64,000 nt of DNA from Octopus sinensis (GCF_006345805.1 NC_042997.1:23250001-23314000), one strand, 5' to 3'; positions 39,363 through 52,691 are shown, counted from the stretch's first letter. Notes: generated by a model not told the origin, from the sequence alone. Numbers and translations: made by a program.

Positions 39363-39605
39363 AATTTATGGAGGCAGGAATATAGTCATTTTGGGGCTGA
39401 GTCTCTATGGCAGACCTGAAGTCATGTAGTAAGGCTGTCCAGAAAAGGCATTGGTTAAAAGTACTTATATACTAAATTTACTTTTTAAATTTCAAAATTA
39501 ATTAAAAGGGATTTTTCATAAATCAAATTTATATTAATGGGATGTAGGTAATTTTAACTTGTGTATATCTGCCCCAGAATGACTATATTCCTGCCCCCAT
39601 AAATT
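39363..39605. mobile_element. 243-bp MITE-like element with 34-bp TIRs
   Basis: 39363-39396 and 39572-39605 are inverted repeats matching at 32 of 34 positions; no clear TSD. Confidence 0.75.
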
Positions 39606-41084
39606 ACAGTTGTATTGAATAATTATTGATAGATCTAGATTAGCAGCTGTCTGCTATTATCACCCACTCAAAATGTAGTTTACTTAAGGTGAGCCTGGTA
39701 ACTGATAGTTTTGAGGTCTTGTTGTTTGTAACTTTTGGTGAGCCATAGTGCAACCAAGAGCATGGTAAAAATCCCTACCATTAATTTGGTGTGGATGGGT
39801 AATATCAAATAATTCAATCACAACATGTATTTAAATTAAACATGAAAAAATTGAAATATTATCATCACTTACATGGAAAAATTGAAATATTATCTTTCAG
39901 TATTTTATAAATTAAAATCTTAAAGTATTATTGACACATTATTAATTATCTTATAATAGCAATGCCTGGAAAAATCATGGATTACATGGAAAAATGCGAG
40001 CATGAAAAGTAATATTCTTAAGATTATAAACCAGGAAAAGTACAAGACAGGTTATTACACCTGGAAAAATATAGGACAAGCTATTACTTCTAGTAATGTA
40101 AAGAATAAGAAACTTTTTACTTAAAATATTGCAGCTAAAATTAAAATTTGAATATTAAAAATTATTTTATTATAGTTTACAAATAACACTATACTTATTT
40201 AAGTAGAACTTGGCTAATTTACAATCGTAGATACAGAAAAAAGTGACTAATTAGACAATCATACAAATTATCTGAATAGTTTTGTACAATAAATTTAAAA
40301 GATGAGAACTGTAAAGAGTGATAAATTAGAAGAACTGGCATTCTTTGCTGCAATATTTTTAAAGGACATTTGGTAACTATTTCTAGCAAGTTGGTAACCA
40401 CTTCATTGAAGATACCTTGTTAGTTGATGATTGTAGAACTTCTGCATTCTGTGGTAGTAACTTCAATGAAATTTCTAAGATGCAAAATACCATTGACTGT
40501 GTTTTACCACAAACTATAGCAGCACAAAGTAAAGTTCTATACCAGACAGTATTCGATAGTGCTACACAAAAAAAACATGATATTTTAATCACATAACATA
40601 AAGTGTAATTAGAGTGCAATACATACATCACTCAGTATAATATATTAAACAAATAACTGCATTATTTAATATAATAGTAAGCACATCACTCTCAGTTATA
40701 GCTCAATGATATTCAAGATAATACAATTCATTCATCACTCAATCTTGTACAGAACACTAACCATTTCCAGTGCTATACTACAAATCTTAATTAAAAGATT
40801 AAAGTCTGTCTCAAGCCTACAGGTCTGTTTGATTGGAACTTATCCCAGTTTCTGTGACATTTAAGTGACTGAGAGTACATGACTGACCCTGAATCAGATG
40901 CTGTCTAGCACAAGATACCCCCCACTTCACTCTGGTTGTTGCTGGTATTAATTTTCGGTTGAGTAGACTGAACCAATGCAAAATGAAAAGCCTTGCTCAC
41001 AGACACAACAGGTCACTTGATCAGAGAATCAAGCCCATCAAATTGTTGCTTTATTTGATTACTTTATTGCTTTCAATATTTTAT

Positions 41085-41465
41085 TCTTCATGATAATGCA
41101 TCAGCTCACATGACTCAAATGTCAAACACTGCCATTTATGAACACAATTTTGAAAAGCTGTCTCACTCAATCTTTTCTCCGCAACTTGCCATCTGTGATT
41201 TTTCCTGGTTTTCAAATTTGAAGCACCATTTTAAGAGTAGACAATTCTTCTGTGATGAAAAACTTCAGTTGGCTACAGAAGAGTGGTTGATTGAGCAAGA
41301 CAGACAGTTATAAATGGTAAAAAGAAATTGTACCACAAAAAGCAAATTGAAAGAAATGATGACTTGAAGAATAAAAGTAATGGTTGAAAAATACAATAAA
41401 ATTAAAATAAAAGTATTGTTTACCTACTGTCGTACCATTAAGTGTGTTGGGAACACCCCTCATAC
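41085..41465 (+). mobile_element. Mariner transposase 3' fragment
   Basis: ILHDNASAH...FSPQLAICDFSWFSNLK...LATEEWL. Confidence 0.72.
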
Positions 41466-41705
41466 AAACTACAAATAAAAACATGGTTTCTTCGGCTCAC
41501 CAGTCTTGGAGATCCTAGAGTGGGTCATAGAGACTATCCTTCCTCTTCTAAACCATGAAAATCAAGGCAAAACGTTTTCAATAAGGCTTTTCTCTTTTAC
41601 TGGTTCAAGTCAGTGGGTTATGGAAGGCTATGCACTTATTCACTTGATTTCAAAAAATATATATAATTTTAATTTCTTTATTTTGAATGATTAATTTCTC
41701 TTCAG

Positions 41706-42013
41706 GTCATGCAATTGAAGCAGGATGGTTTCTCTTGAGATATGCAGTTCAAACAAGCAATAACTCACTCAAAGAAACTGCCCTAATGTCATTGATTGAA
41801 AAGCCATTCCAAACAGGCTGGGACAAGGAAAATGGAGGTCTTTTCTACTTTTTAGATGCAAATGGCCTCTCACCTATGCAATTAGAATGGAATATGAAAC
41901 TTTGGTGGCCTCTCTGTGAAAGCATGATAGCTTTCTTAATGGCTTATAAATATACAGAAAAAGATCACTATTTGCACACATTTGCAACAATCTTTGATTA
42001 TGGAATTACACAT
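41706..42013 (+). CDS. RENBP: AGE exon 7 (GHAIEAGWFLL...GWDKENGGLFYFLD...QLEWNMKLWWPLCES...YGITH)
   Basis: cttcag acceptor, cat|gtgagt donor, 308 nt; contains the catalytic GHxxEAGW His. Confidence 0.97.
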
Positions 42014-42300
42014 GTGAGTATTTTATTGCTTCCAACGAATTTTTAAAATATATTATATATCTCCAGAAAATATGACAGAACAATGTAGTAAGCTTCTAAA
42101 ATAAGGTGAACTGCAATTCCATTTTTAAAAATATTTTTCATTGTAGACATTCAATGGGATATTCTGTCTGAGAGAATGAATGATCTCTAATTTCCAATTT
42201 TGTGGCAGAAAACAACCATATATGTGCTTAATACAGTAAATACCAGGGTTATATACCTAATTGAACTTATGTGTGTGTGTGTGTGTATTGATATTTTCAG

Positions 42301-42388
42301 TTTAGTGACCCAGATTATGGGGAATGGTTTGGTTACCTCAAGCAAGAAGGTCAAGTCAGCCAGAATTTTAAAGGAGGAATGTTCAAAG
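42301..42388 (+). CDS. RENBP: AGE exon 8 (FSDPDYGEWFGYLKQEGQVSQNFKGGMFK)
   Basis: ttttcag acceptor, g|gtaaga donor, 88 nt; DPxYGEWFGYL motif. Confidence 0.97.
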
Positions 42389-43999
42389 GTAAGAAAACTG
42401 TACTGTGTTGTTTTAACTTTAGAGAAATTGACATTGATGCAATTTTATTATGGAATGGCATGGTTGCAGTAGTTGGGTTGCAAAGAATTATGAGCATAGC
42501 TACAGAAGGAAAGACATCTAAGAAAGCTTTCTTCAGTATTGTTTTGAAATATCAACATACCACCATTTGTATCACAGGGGAATATAGTGTTTAGGCATTA
42601 GTGTTAAGCCAGTAGTATTTGGTTTATTATGCTTTTATGTACACAAAATCTCACTATGTGTGGACTAAGAATGTTTACACATAGTAGAAACTTTGGCAAT
42701 GTGCTGTGCGTGAGAAAACTCATCAAGCCAAGCGAAATCATAGTCATGGCTGATGCTGGTGTCACATAATTGGCACCCGTGCCAGTGGAAAATAAAAGCA
42801 ACCATGCTGGTGGCACATAAAAAGTACCCATTACATTCTTGGATTGGTTGGCATTAGGAAGGCATCCAGCCATAGAAACCATGCCAGATTAGACAGGAAC
42901 CTAGTGTAGTTCTCTGGCTTGCCAGTTCCAGTCAAACCATCTAACTCATGCCAGTATGGAAAGTGGCTGTTAAATGATGATGATGATGATGATGGTGTGT
43001 GTGTGATTCCTTGATTGAAGGGGTGTTGTACTGAGAGATGTGGCTTATGCTTTCTTTTAAGAGACAAGAGCATGATAGAGAGATAAGAACAGGTGTCTTG
43101 CTGTAGAAGAGATACATGGCTATCCCAGCTGGAAAAGGAGACAAGATGGTGATAATTAAGTGGCAGGATGTACCCTCAAGGTACAAGAAGAGGATGAGGA
43201 CAAAAGAAGAGGTAAAGGGGATAGGGATAGAGGATTAGGTAAGTTCACATAAGTGTGAGGTGAGAGACTGATGATTAGAGGTAGGGATATAAGTGATGCA
43301 GTGAATGGCAAATAGGAGAGAAAATATGGCACCTTGGAGAGAAGGTGAAGGAAATAGGAATGGATCAGGAAGGAGGGGGTTGATAAGTGGTAGTACAGAA
43401 AAGGTGGGGGTAAATAGCAGAATTATAATAAAACTATAGATGAGAAATAGGGAAATGATGTGAAGTTTGGGGATGGAGAGGGAAAGGTGCTCAGTGACAA
43501 GGTCAGAGATTAGAGGTATGTAGGAATTAATTTAGAGAGAGTGATGAACAAAGATGCGATGGTGGTCAATGGCTAATATGTGATCGTGTTATGAGGTGAT
43601 ATTGAGAATGTAAGATGAGTGATATGTGGATGTAAGAAATACATATATCACACACCCTGACTACCTCAATCACTCTATCTACTAATTTCTATACCAATAA
43701 TATGCTTATACCACCCATCCCATCACTGTTACCTATGTTTCTTGTCCATGAGGAATCTAGTAGATTCCATCATACCTCATGTAATTTAAAATGTTGGTAA
43801 TTTCAAATTACATCAGTAGTGAGTTAACTTGGAATTCCCAAATGACAATATAACCTTCGTATCATTAAAATATCCTTGGTCCGATGAATAGCAAGCTAAA
43901 TACCTCTCGTTGAGTAATTATTACATCAGAAAATCAGCTAGCTAGGAACATATGTAGACTGGATTTTACCTGTTCCATCTCCCTTAATTTGATATATAT

Positions 44000-45810
44000 A
44001 TATATATATAAATGGAGTTTAATGCAGGTATAAATCAGATGCTTTTACTTTCGACACATGTTTCGAAGATTTCACTGATATTATTCAAAAGAATAAATGG
44101 TATAAAACAATGCAATCTTCTCTTCAGGGAAGGGTAAAAACGAAACTTGTCAATAAGACATTTTAACAGAAAATGATGGATATGTCTAGTGATTTACTGA
44201 ATGCTATTAATATTGTTTGAAAAAACGTTATATGATGTAATGTCAGAAGTAGCCTATCAAAAGAGGAGGGATATTTGTAGTGAATGTTAAATATAAAAGA
44301 AAATTAATGTTTAAATTATGTATAATGATAGAGATTACTTATATGAACTAAAGGTGTGTTTTTGCCAATGTTTACATCAGTATGCATACTCTATAACTGT
44401 GTTTACGAGGGGATTTTTAGAAAAAATAATGAAAAATAGTTCAGAATTACAGAGAAGACAGAATTCCTTGCTTTTGTCATAAGGTATCAAGATTGAGAGA
44501 ATCAACCATTCTAAATTAAAATGTTCATTGTGGTCTTTTAGATCCCAAATTAATTTACTGAGCCCAGTACTGTTACATTTATTCCTATCCCTAAATGCTG
44601 AGTAATGGATAGAAATTCTTTTAGATAACTCTAACGATGTGCTTCCAATGTAAAATCATACTTTATTATGAGTATTGATTATACACTGGTATATAGAATT
44701 TTTAATTTCAGAGTTACTTGACATAAACTTAATTCAGTTGGAATTGACTTCAGATACAATAACCTTGTTATTAATATTTCTAGAGGGATGGACGGTATTA
44801 GCTAAATTAATGTTAGTATTAGTAAATGTATTAATATTTAACAGTTTCTTATTATGTGAAGAGATAATTTGTAAAAGATATTTTTGTGTTGGAAAAACCA
44901 ATCCTAACCGTATGTGAATAGATAAGAGAGTAATACCTAGAATTCTTTGGAAAATTCTTAACAATAGCTTGACGAAATTGCAGTGGGAGATTAGATTTAA
45001 TTTGTCTCCCATATGGAACTATGAACCAAATATTTTTACTACTATTTTTTATCTTATTTTTAGTGTAATTATGTTTGAAAGTCTTACATTTACTTTTAGA
45101 ATGATAATAGGGGATTAAATAAGGGTTATCTCCCTTCCTCTGCTTTGTATCGGTTCATAAGTTATGTTTGTTATCAATAATTCTTTTACAACTAGATTTC
45201 ATATCTACATTATTGAAGTTAGAATAAGACTGAATAGAATCTATGTAGAAAATTTTCTCCATATAACCTGCTTTAAGTAAGGCAGAGTTATAAAATTCAG
45301 CATTATCATTGAAAATGTCAACATTAGCAGATAATTTAGATAATCTAAATGAAATATTCTTAACCAAGTTCTTAGTAATTGCCTTAGAATGATTACTAAA
45401 TTTGCTAATGTACTTAAGATTGGTCAATGGTTTATGATATGGGAAATAAGAGTTATTGTGTAAATTAAGTGTAATATCTAAAATGTTGGCCTTCATCATA
45501 TCACCATCAAAAACGATGTTTAAGCCCATTCTACAAAAAAATTTAACTAAACTATTCTTAACTTTTTGTACCTTATGGTTGGAAACATTTTGGAGGTAAA
45601 GTAAACAATCATCACGATATAGACCTCCATAAATGTTAAGGAACTGTTCTGCCTTTTCAAAAAGTATATAAATACAGGCTAAATCAGCTATTTGTGCTGA
45701 ATCAGAACTTCCCATTGTTACATCAAAGCTATCTGGTGTGTCTTTACAGACCCACAACTTATTATCAAATTTTATAATAGATTTTCTGGCTTCCAACACA
45801 ACACTAATTT
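44000..45810 (-). mobile_element. Penelope-like retroelement remnant (RT, GIY-YIG endonuclease, 3' region), antisense in RENBP intron 8
   Basis: ORF 45155-45799 has FDVTMGS, GLYRDD, LDITLNL, YHKP, SNH motifs; downstream IWFIVPY; 44650-44400 reads FYIGSTSLELSKRISIHYSAFR...STGLSKLIWDLKD...LEWLIL...CLLCNSE. Confidence 0.88.
44043..44139 (-). ncRNA. Type I hammerhead ribozyme motif
   Basis: CUGAAGA (44127-44121); 7-bp stem II gaagatt/aatcttc; GAAA (44064-44061); stem III AC-augu-GU; GUC cleavage triplet (44055-44053); imperfect stem I. Confidence 0.72.
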
Positions 45811-46115
45811 CTTCTCGGGTGAGACCAGCTTTGTTATGAGCAAGCTACTAGAGAATTAAAAAGTAACTTAACACTAACAAGATACATTATTTACTACAAC
45901 AACAACTAATAATAATAATAATGATAATAATAATAATAATAGAAACAATATGTTATAATTTACTAATCATAATAATTGGTACTTATTTTATCAACCCTGA
46001 AAAGATGAAAGGGAAAGTTAACTCCAGTGGCATTTAATCTTAGAATGTAAATTCAGAAAAAATGCTGGTAAGCATTTTGTCCAGTGCAGTAACAATTCTG
46101 CCAGTTTGCTGCTGC

Positions 46116-46148
<33 letters not shown>

Positions 46149-46577
46149 CAACAATAATAATAATGGTTTCAAATTTTGCCACAAGGGCAGCAATTTGGGG
46201 GGAGAGGACAAGTTGATTACTTCGACTCCAGTGTTCAACTGGTATTTATTTTATAGACCTCAAAAGGATGAAAGGCAAAGTCAATCTCAGTGGGATTTGA
46301 ACTCAGAACATAAAGACAGACCAAATACCATTTTGCAATCATTAAAGGAATCTGAGGGATATGAAGGATAATGTAAAATGATTGCACTGTGAGACCACAT
46401 ATTTATCAACAAAAGAAATTCAGAACTTAGACTAATTTGAAAGCCGGTGCTTCTGGTTTGCATGCAAAATGGCAAATGATTTCAGACACATCTTGTGTAT
46501 TCCTTAATAAGATATGCACCTCTATGTAAAGTTATTGTAGCTCTCTATATTTTCTTCATCTTCTATTTATTCCCCAG

Positions 46578-46657
46578 GGTGTTACCATCTTCCACGAAGT
46601 TTAATGATATGTGAAAAATTACTACAAGAAGTGTTGAACAAAAAACCAGGAAACTAA
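46578..46657 (+). CDS. RENBP: AGE terminal exon 9 (GCYHLPRSLMICEKLLQEVLNKKPGN*)
   Basis: tccccag acceptor; GC(F/Y)HxPR motif with the second catalytic His; TAA at 46655-46657. The nine exons sum to 1212 nt. Confidence 0.95.
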
Positions 46658-46697
46658 ATTTTCCTCAAAATAGTTTTAAGCAATTTATATCTTTCTG

Positions 46698-46703
46698 AAT
46701 AAA
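46698..46703 (+). promoter_or_regulatory. Candidate polyadenylation signal of RENBP
   Basis: AATAAA about 40 nt after the stop codon; AT-rich context makes chance matches likely. Confidence 0.45.
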
Positions 46704-46994
46704 CAAATTTATCTGAGTATGTAACTCCTGTATTATTTAATGTTTGGTAATGTTTTCAATGCATGATTGAAGTAAATTTTGTGTAAGTCAAGACACTAAG
46801 GATATCTGATGATTAAGAGCATTCTTTTGTCTCCTGGTATGTATTCTTCACTTTGAAATATACTGAAGACATCAACAGCAAACATTCCTTAATGAAGGAG
46901 CATAGAATCACAGATTTCATGACTTCTTCTTCTGATAATAAGAAAAAAAGTAAAAGAAATAGGTGCAGGCATGGTTAAGTGGTTAAAAAGTTAA

Positions 46995-48530
46995 AAAGAA
47001 AAAGGGGAGAAGAGAGAGGAGAAAAGGGAGAGAGAGAAGAGAAAGAGAGGGAGAAAGGGGAGAGAGAGTGGAAGAAAAAGGTACAAGAAAGAGGACAGAA
47101 ACAGGTGCTGATGTAAAGGAGATACTTGGTTACTGAGCCAGAAGGAAAAGCAAGAGGAGGAGTGATCAAGAATGAGGTTAGAAACAGGTGTGCCGCCGTT
47201 AGGTTCAATCCTTCTGCATCATACCTTGAGCAAATGTCATCTACTATTTCCTGGATTGACCAAAGCTTGAGTGAATTTGATATGCAGAAATTGAAAAGAA
47301 TTGGAAGGCGGCGAGCTGGTAGAAACGTTAGCACGCCGGGCAATATGCTTAGTAGTATTTCGTCTGCCGCTACTTTCTGAGCTCAAATTCTGCCGAGGTC
47401 GACTTTGCCTTTCATCCTTTCAGGATCGATTAAATAAGTACCAGTTATGCACTGGGATTGATATAATCGACTTAATCCATTTGTCTGTCTTTGTTTCTCC
47501 CCTCTGTGTTTAGCCCCTTTTGGGCAATAAAGAAATAAGAAATTGAAAAGAAACTTATGATGTACATACAGGTTACAGCTTTGGTTCTATAAATGAGGTG
47601 GAAGCAAGGCTGCTAGTCAAATGACTTGTTGATCTGCAAGAAATCTGCCAACCACCTGATCACCTATCAATCTAGTAGGCACACAAACCATATTGACTAC
47701 ATTTTCATATGTAGCACCAGCACAGGCAAGGTCAGTTTTGGCATGCTCTTCCAAATGCCAACCACTTTACAGTGTGGACTGGATGCTTTTTACATGGCAC
47801 CTTGAGAGGTGAGGCATTGGAGGAAGGGATCTTGTGACAGATAATGAAAGATAAGGCGGCGAGATGGCAGAAACGTTAGCGCACCGGGTGAAATGCTTAG
47901 CGGTATTTCGTCTGCCGTTACGTTGTGAGTTCAAATTCCGCCGAGGTCGACTTTACCTTTCATCCTTTCAGGGTCGATAAATTAAGTACCAGTTATGCAC
48001 TGGGGTCGATGTAATCGACTTAATACCTATGTCTGTCTTTGTTTGTCCCCTCAATGTTTAGCCCCTTGTGGGTAATAAAGAAATAGAGAATGAAAGATTA
48101 GAGTGTGACCGAGAGGCAGAAACAGGTGTCTGGCTATAGTTGAGGGGGCATAGGAGGTGATCTTGTGTTAGATGATGAAAGGTTAGAGTGACAGAGAAAC
48201 AGAGAGGTAGAAACAGGTGTCTTACTAAAGAGGAGGTACACAGTTACCCAACCAGAAAGAGAGAAGAGAAAGAGAGGGAGAAAAGGGAGAGAAGAGAAAG
48301 GAGAAAAGAGAGAGAGAAGAGAAAGAGAGAAGAAAATGGAGAGAGAGAAGAGAAAGAGAGGAGAAAAGGGAGAGAGAGAGAAGAGAAAGAGAGGGAAAAA
48401 AGGGAGAGTGAATGGAAAAAAGAAGTACAAAAAAGAGGACAGAAACAGGTGTGCTGATGTAAAGGAGATACTTGGTTACCTAGCTGGAAGGAAGAGCAAG
48501 AGAAGGAGAGAGTGATCAAGAATGAGGGCA
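46995..48530 (+). repeat. Purine-rich degenerate repeats with a duplicated block of about 190 bp (about 47000-47190 and 48350-48545), interleaved with two family A SINEs
   Basis: Shared gaggacagaaacaggtg..ctgatgtaaaggagatacttggttac; SINE TSD agaaattgaaaagaa at 47287 and 47539. Confidence 0.7.
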
Positions 48531-48959
48531 GAAGCAGGTGTGCTGCTGAAGAAGAGAAACAGAGGAAAGAGCAAGGGAAAGAAAGAGAGAGTGGGAAACA
48601 GCAAAAGTGTAAGAGAGAGCAGGAAAGAGATGGCAGTGAAGTGCCAGGGTATACTCACAAATAACAAGGATCGGACAATAGATGGCATGGTAAGGAAGAG
48701 AGAGATAAATGATGCCAATTGCCAGGGCATGCCCTCAAGGTATGGAGGTCATAATATACACAGCCAGGTATTGCCAAGAAGGTGCAAATAAGGAGTGGGG
48801 ATTGCAGTGATTGGTGAAAACCTGGGTATAAAGATGGGGTGGGGGAAGCAGCAATACAGTGAGGGCAAGGAAGGGGAGTAGGAGACAATCATAATGTATG
48901 AAGAGAAAATGTGAGGAAAAGAAAGATGCAGTTTAGAAGAGGAGATGTAGTTCAGTTTC

Positions 48960-51060
48960 TTGGGGTAGGGTGTGTGAAAAGTTTATTGCTACATAAGGGT
49001 GGGACACAACACTTCTAGCACTCAGTTTCACTGACGTGGGTGGGTCTTCGCTAGAACCTCATCATCAGATATCTCGGTCTATTGTCATTTCCTCTATGAG
49101 CCCTAACATCCCAAGATTGATCCTCACCACTTCATCCCACATCTTCCTAGGTTTCCCTCTTCCACAGGTACCCTCCATTTTCAGTGACAGACACCTCTGT
49201 ATACAACTGTCCATTCTTATATACATCACATGTCCAAACAAACGCATTGTCCTCTCCTGCATTCCACATTTAATGCCTCTTATGCCTAACTTTTCTCTCA
49301 ACACTGTTGCACTTCATCAGTCATGCACACTGATGTAAATCCAACATACTATCTTCATTCCTTTCCAGTCTACACATGTCCTCCACATTGAAAGCCTATG
49401 TCTCACTACCATGGAGTATAGCCGTTCATACACAAGCATCATACAATCTACTTTTCACTCTGTCTGAGAGTTCTTTTGTTGCCAGCAGAGGTAGTAGTTC
49501 TCTGCACCTCCTCTATCATATTCTTATTCTAGAAACAATACTTTCAGAATATCCACCACTGTTACTAATTTGATCACTTAAGTAGTAGAAACTATCTACT
49601 ATATCAAGAGAGCCTCCTGAGCATTTGAGAGAGTCTAAGTCACATGTGCTCCTAGTGCTTATTGTCCTGCACATCTGCCACATACAAAAATGACCTTATC
49701 TGTTAATCTAGCTGACTCCACTGCATTGCTTATGCATCCATAGCTTACACAGGGTGCAGCAAATGGAATTACTTCCCATTTCTTTCCTACATATTGAACA
49801 GGGCCATTTACCTGAGGGGAAAGAGAGTCTTATCTGCTTTCTTGCTAACCACAACTTTAGTCTTTGCCAGGTTAACTTTAAGGCCCTTTGATTCTAAGTT
49901 TTGTTTCCATACCTGGAACTTCTCCAAGTCTGCAATAAGAGTGAGGTCATCAGCAAATAGCAGTTCCTGTGGACATCCAGTTTTGAATTCCTCAGTTATG
50001 GCCAGGAGAACTATGATGAATAAGAGTGGACTAACAAGTGATCCCTGGTGAACTCCAACTTTTACACTAAATTCATCATTGTATTCAAGGGCGATTTTCA
50101 CCTTACTGACATGGTTTGTATGACTAACAGGCCACTCCTATATTCATAACTTCCTTACAGATCATCAGATAAAAGGGCAGTGAACCCTGTCAAAAGCTTT
50201 CTTTAGGTTAATGAAAGCTAAGTACAATGGTTTACTTTTGGCCAGATACTTTTCTTGCAGCTGTTTCACTAAGAAGACAACATCCATGGTACTTCTCCCA
50301 GGAACAAAACCAAACTCCATCTTATCTAGCTTAATTCTATTCCTAATCAATTGAGCTATAACTCACTCTGTAATTTTTATGATCCGGTCCAGCAGTTTGA
50401 TACCTTTGTAGTTGTTTCTATCTAAAGCATCACCTTTACCTTTGTAGCAGACTATAATACTACTACACCAGTCTTTGATGATGATGCCTTCCTGAACAGC
50501 CTGATTAACAATGCAAGTGACTAGGTTGTATCCCACACAGCCAGTATTTTTGTTGATTTGCCGGGTCTTTGAGCTTCCATAATCTTCTTTTCCAGTATGG
50601 TTTATTTCTCTGAGTCATTCTAGCTCTAATTCTGAAGTCACTAACCAGTAGCCTATGTTGGTGTGTACACACTTCACCTGGGAAAAACTTTGCATTTGTG
50701 AGCATCAGCCTATCTTGTTGCCTGGTGAGAAGGTAATTGACCTGGCTTATGTTTCCACCAGACTGACAACTGATTAGGTGGCTGGCTGGTTTTCTGAAGT
50801 TAGTGTTGCAGATCATGAGATCATTTGCATCATAGAACTCCAGTAACTTTGCTCCCTCCTCATTCCTGGGGCCAAAACCATAGCCATCATGCACACCATG
50901 GAATCTATGAAAAGGCTGCCCAACATGTCCACTGAAGTCGCCAGCCACAATAACTAAGTCTCAATCATTTGTTGTTGTGGTAGTCTACAGAAGGACCTCA
51001 TAGAATTGGTCCTTCTGCTCATCAGCCAGCCTAACTTGTGGAGCATAGGCAGAGATAACT
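48960..51060 (-). mobile_element. RTE-clade LINE remnant (APE endonuclease and RT, fragmented)
   Basis: AGDFSGHVG, RNEEG, NTNFRK (APE); FGFVPGRST, AFINLKKAFDRV, GVHQGS..SPLLF, LFADDL (RT). Confidence 0.9.
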
Positions 51061-52601
51061 GTAACTGTTAATCTATATATGATAACTCTCAACTTAATAA
51101 CCCTATCATATACTCTCACTACCTCAGTTACCTTATATACCCACACCACCTACTCTATCAGGGCATTAAGTTGTAGAAACCATGTCTAAACAGACATCAG
51201 AGCTCAGTACAGTCCTCTAGTCTGTAACTGTCCAACCCATGCCAGAATGGAAAACAGATGTTAAATGATTATAAGGCGGTGAGCTGGCAGAATCGTTAGC
51301 ACGTCGGGCGAAATGCCTAGCCGTATTTCGTCTGCCATTACGTTCGGAGTTCAAATTCCGCCGAGGTCAACTTTGCCTTTCATCCTTTCAGGGTCGATAA
51401 ATTAAGTACCAGTTACGAACTGGGATCGATGTAATCGACTTAATTCGTTTGTCTGTTCATGTTTGTCCCCTCTATGTTTAGCCCCTTGTGGGTAATAAAG
51501 AAACAGATTATGATGATTGTTGTTGTCTCCGTCATCATCATCTGTCCATTTTCCATGCTGGCATGGGTTGGACAACAGTGGGTTGAAGTACTGTGTCTTG
51601 CTTCAACGTGCAAGTTTTAGCATGATTTCAGAGAGTGCTGGGTGCATTTTACGTGGTATTAATATTAGAGAGGTTAGCTTGTGGTGCAGAATTAAAGAGT
51701 AGAAAACAAAGTGTGACAGAAGAAAAAGATTTATTGAGAAAGGATGATAGTGAAGAATAATGTCAGGGTTTAATGTAAAAGGGGAAAACAAAATAGTAAG
51801 AGTTATGGGGTGAATTGAGTAGGTGGACCCAGTCACAGGGTAGGTTGGTGACTTTCCATGACTGCATGTGTTGGATAGTTGATCAGGATCCAAGTTGGTT
51901 CTTATTGGAGTTACATAGAATTATTGTCGATGGAGGCTGATAGGGAAGAGCATGATAATTGGGAAAAGGGAAGACATAGTATCAGGAGGTTAGTGAGGGA
52001 GAAAGAAAGTTATAAGGAAAGTGGGTGTGTTGAGTAGAAGGAGGTGCTCTGCTACCATGCATTATATATTGTGGCTAGAGTGATGCATGGAGGATATATA
52101 TGTTAATATTGAGGAATCAAAATGTATCCTCAAGATAAAATTTCTAAGAATGTAGTGACAGAAGAATAGGAGAGGATGAATAAAGGCTACTAAAGTCTAA
52201 TCCTTCCCAAATCAAGTATCATTATCTGGAAAAATAGATGAGAGAAGGAGGAGTAGAAAGATATGGGTAGAGGAAATGGGGTTGGGGATATTCAATAAGC
52301 ATAGATTGAATGCTTTTATTCTCAGTTATGATTAGCATGGTAAGGTGACTGGATGAAGAGATGGTACGGAGATGCGAGTGTATAGAATAGGCACAGTGGA
52401 TAAGAGAAGAGAGGCGAGGGTATAGAATTGGCAAGAGATGGTGAGAAGATATAACTCTATGACAAGACTGAACGTATGAAAAATTCAAAACCAATAATAA
52501 CAATAATGATAGGATGAACAAGTATAAAATTAGAATTTTAAAAAATAAAATTAAAAAAACAATTCTTTTCACATACATTCTATATTAAAAAAGACAACAA
52601 T

Positions 52602-52607
52602 TTTATT
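52602..52607 (-). promoter_or_regulatory. Candidate polyadenylation signal of the PM20D1-like gene
   Basis: AATAAA on the - strand about 85 nt past the stop codon; weak evidence in AT-rich DNA. Confidence 0.35.
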
Positions 52608-52691
52608 TATATGTATTTTCATATGCATATTACAAATTGCATATTTGTATATTATAAAACAAAGGATTTTTTTTATGTCAATAGTATCTTC

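Noticed and set aside
46975-48888. Lys/Glu/Arg-rich and Ser/Phe/Leu-rich ORFs
   Set aside because: Low-complexity purine-rich repeats and SINE sequence.
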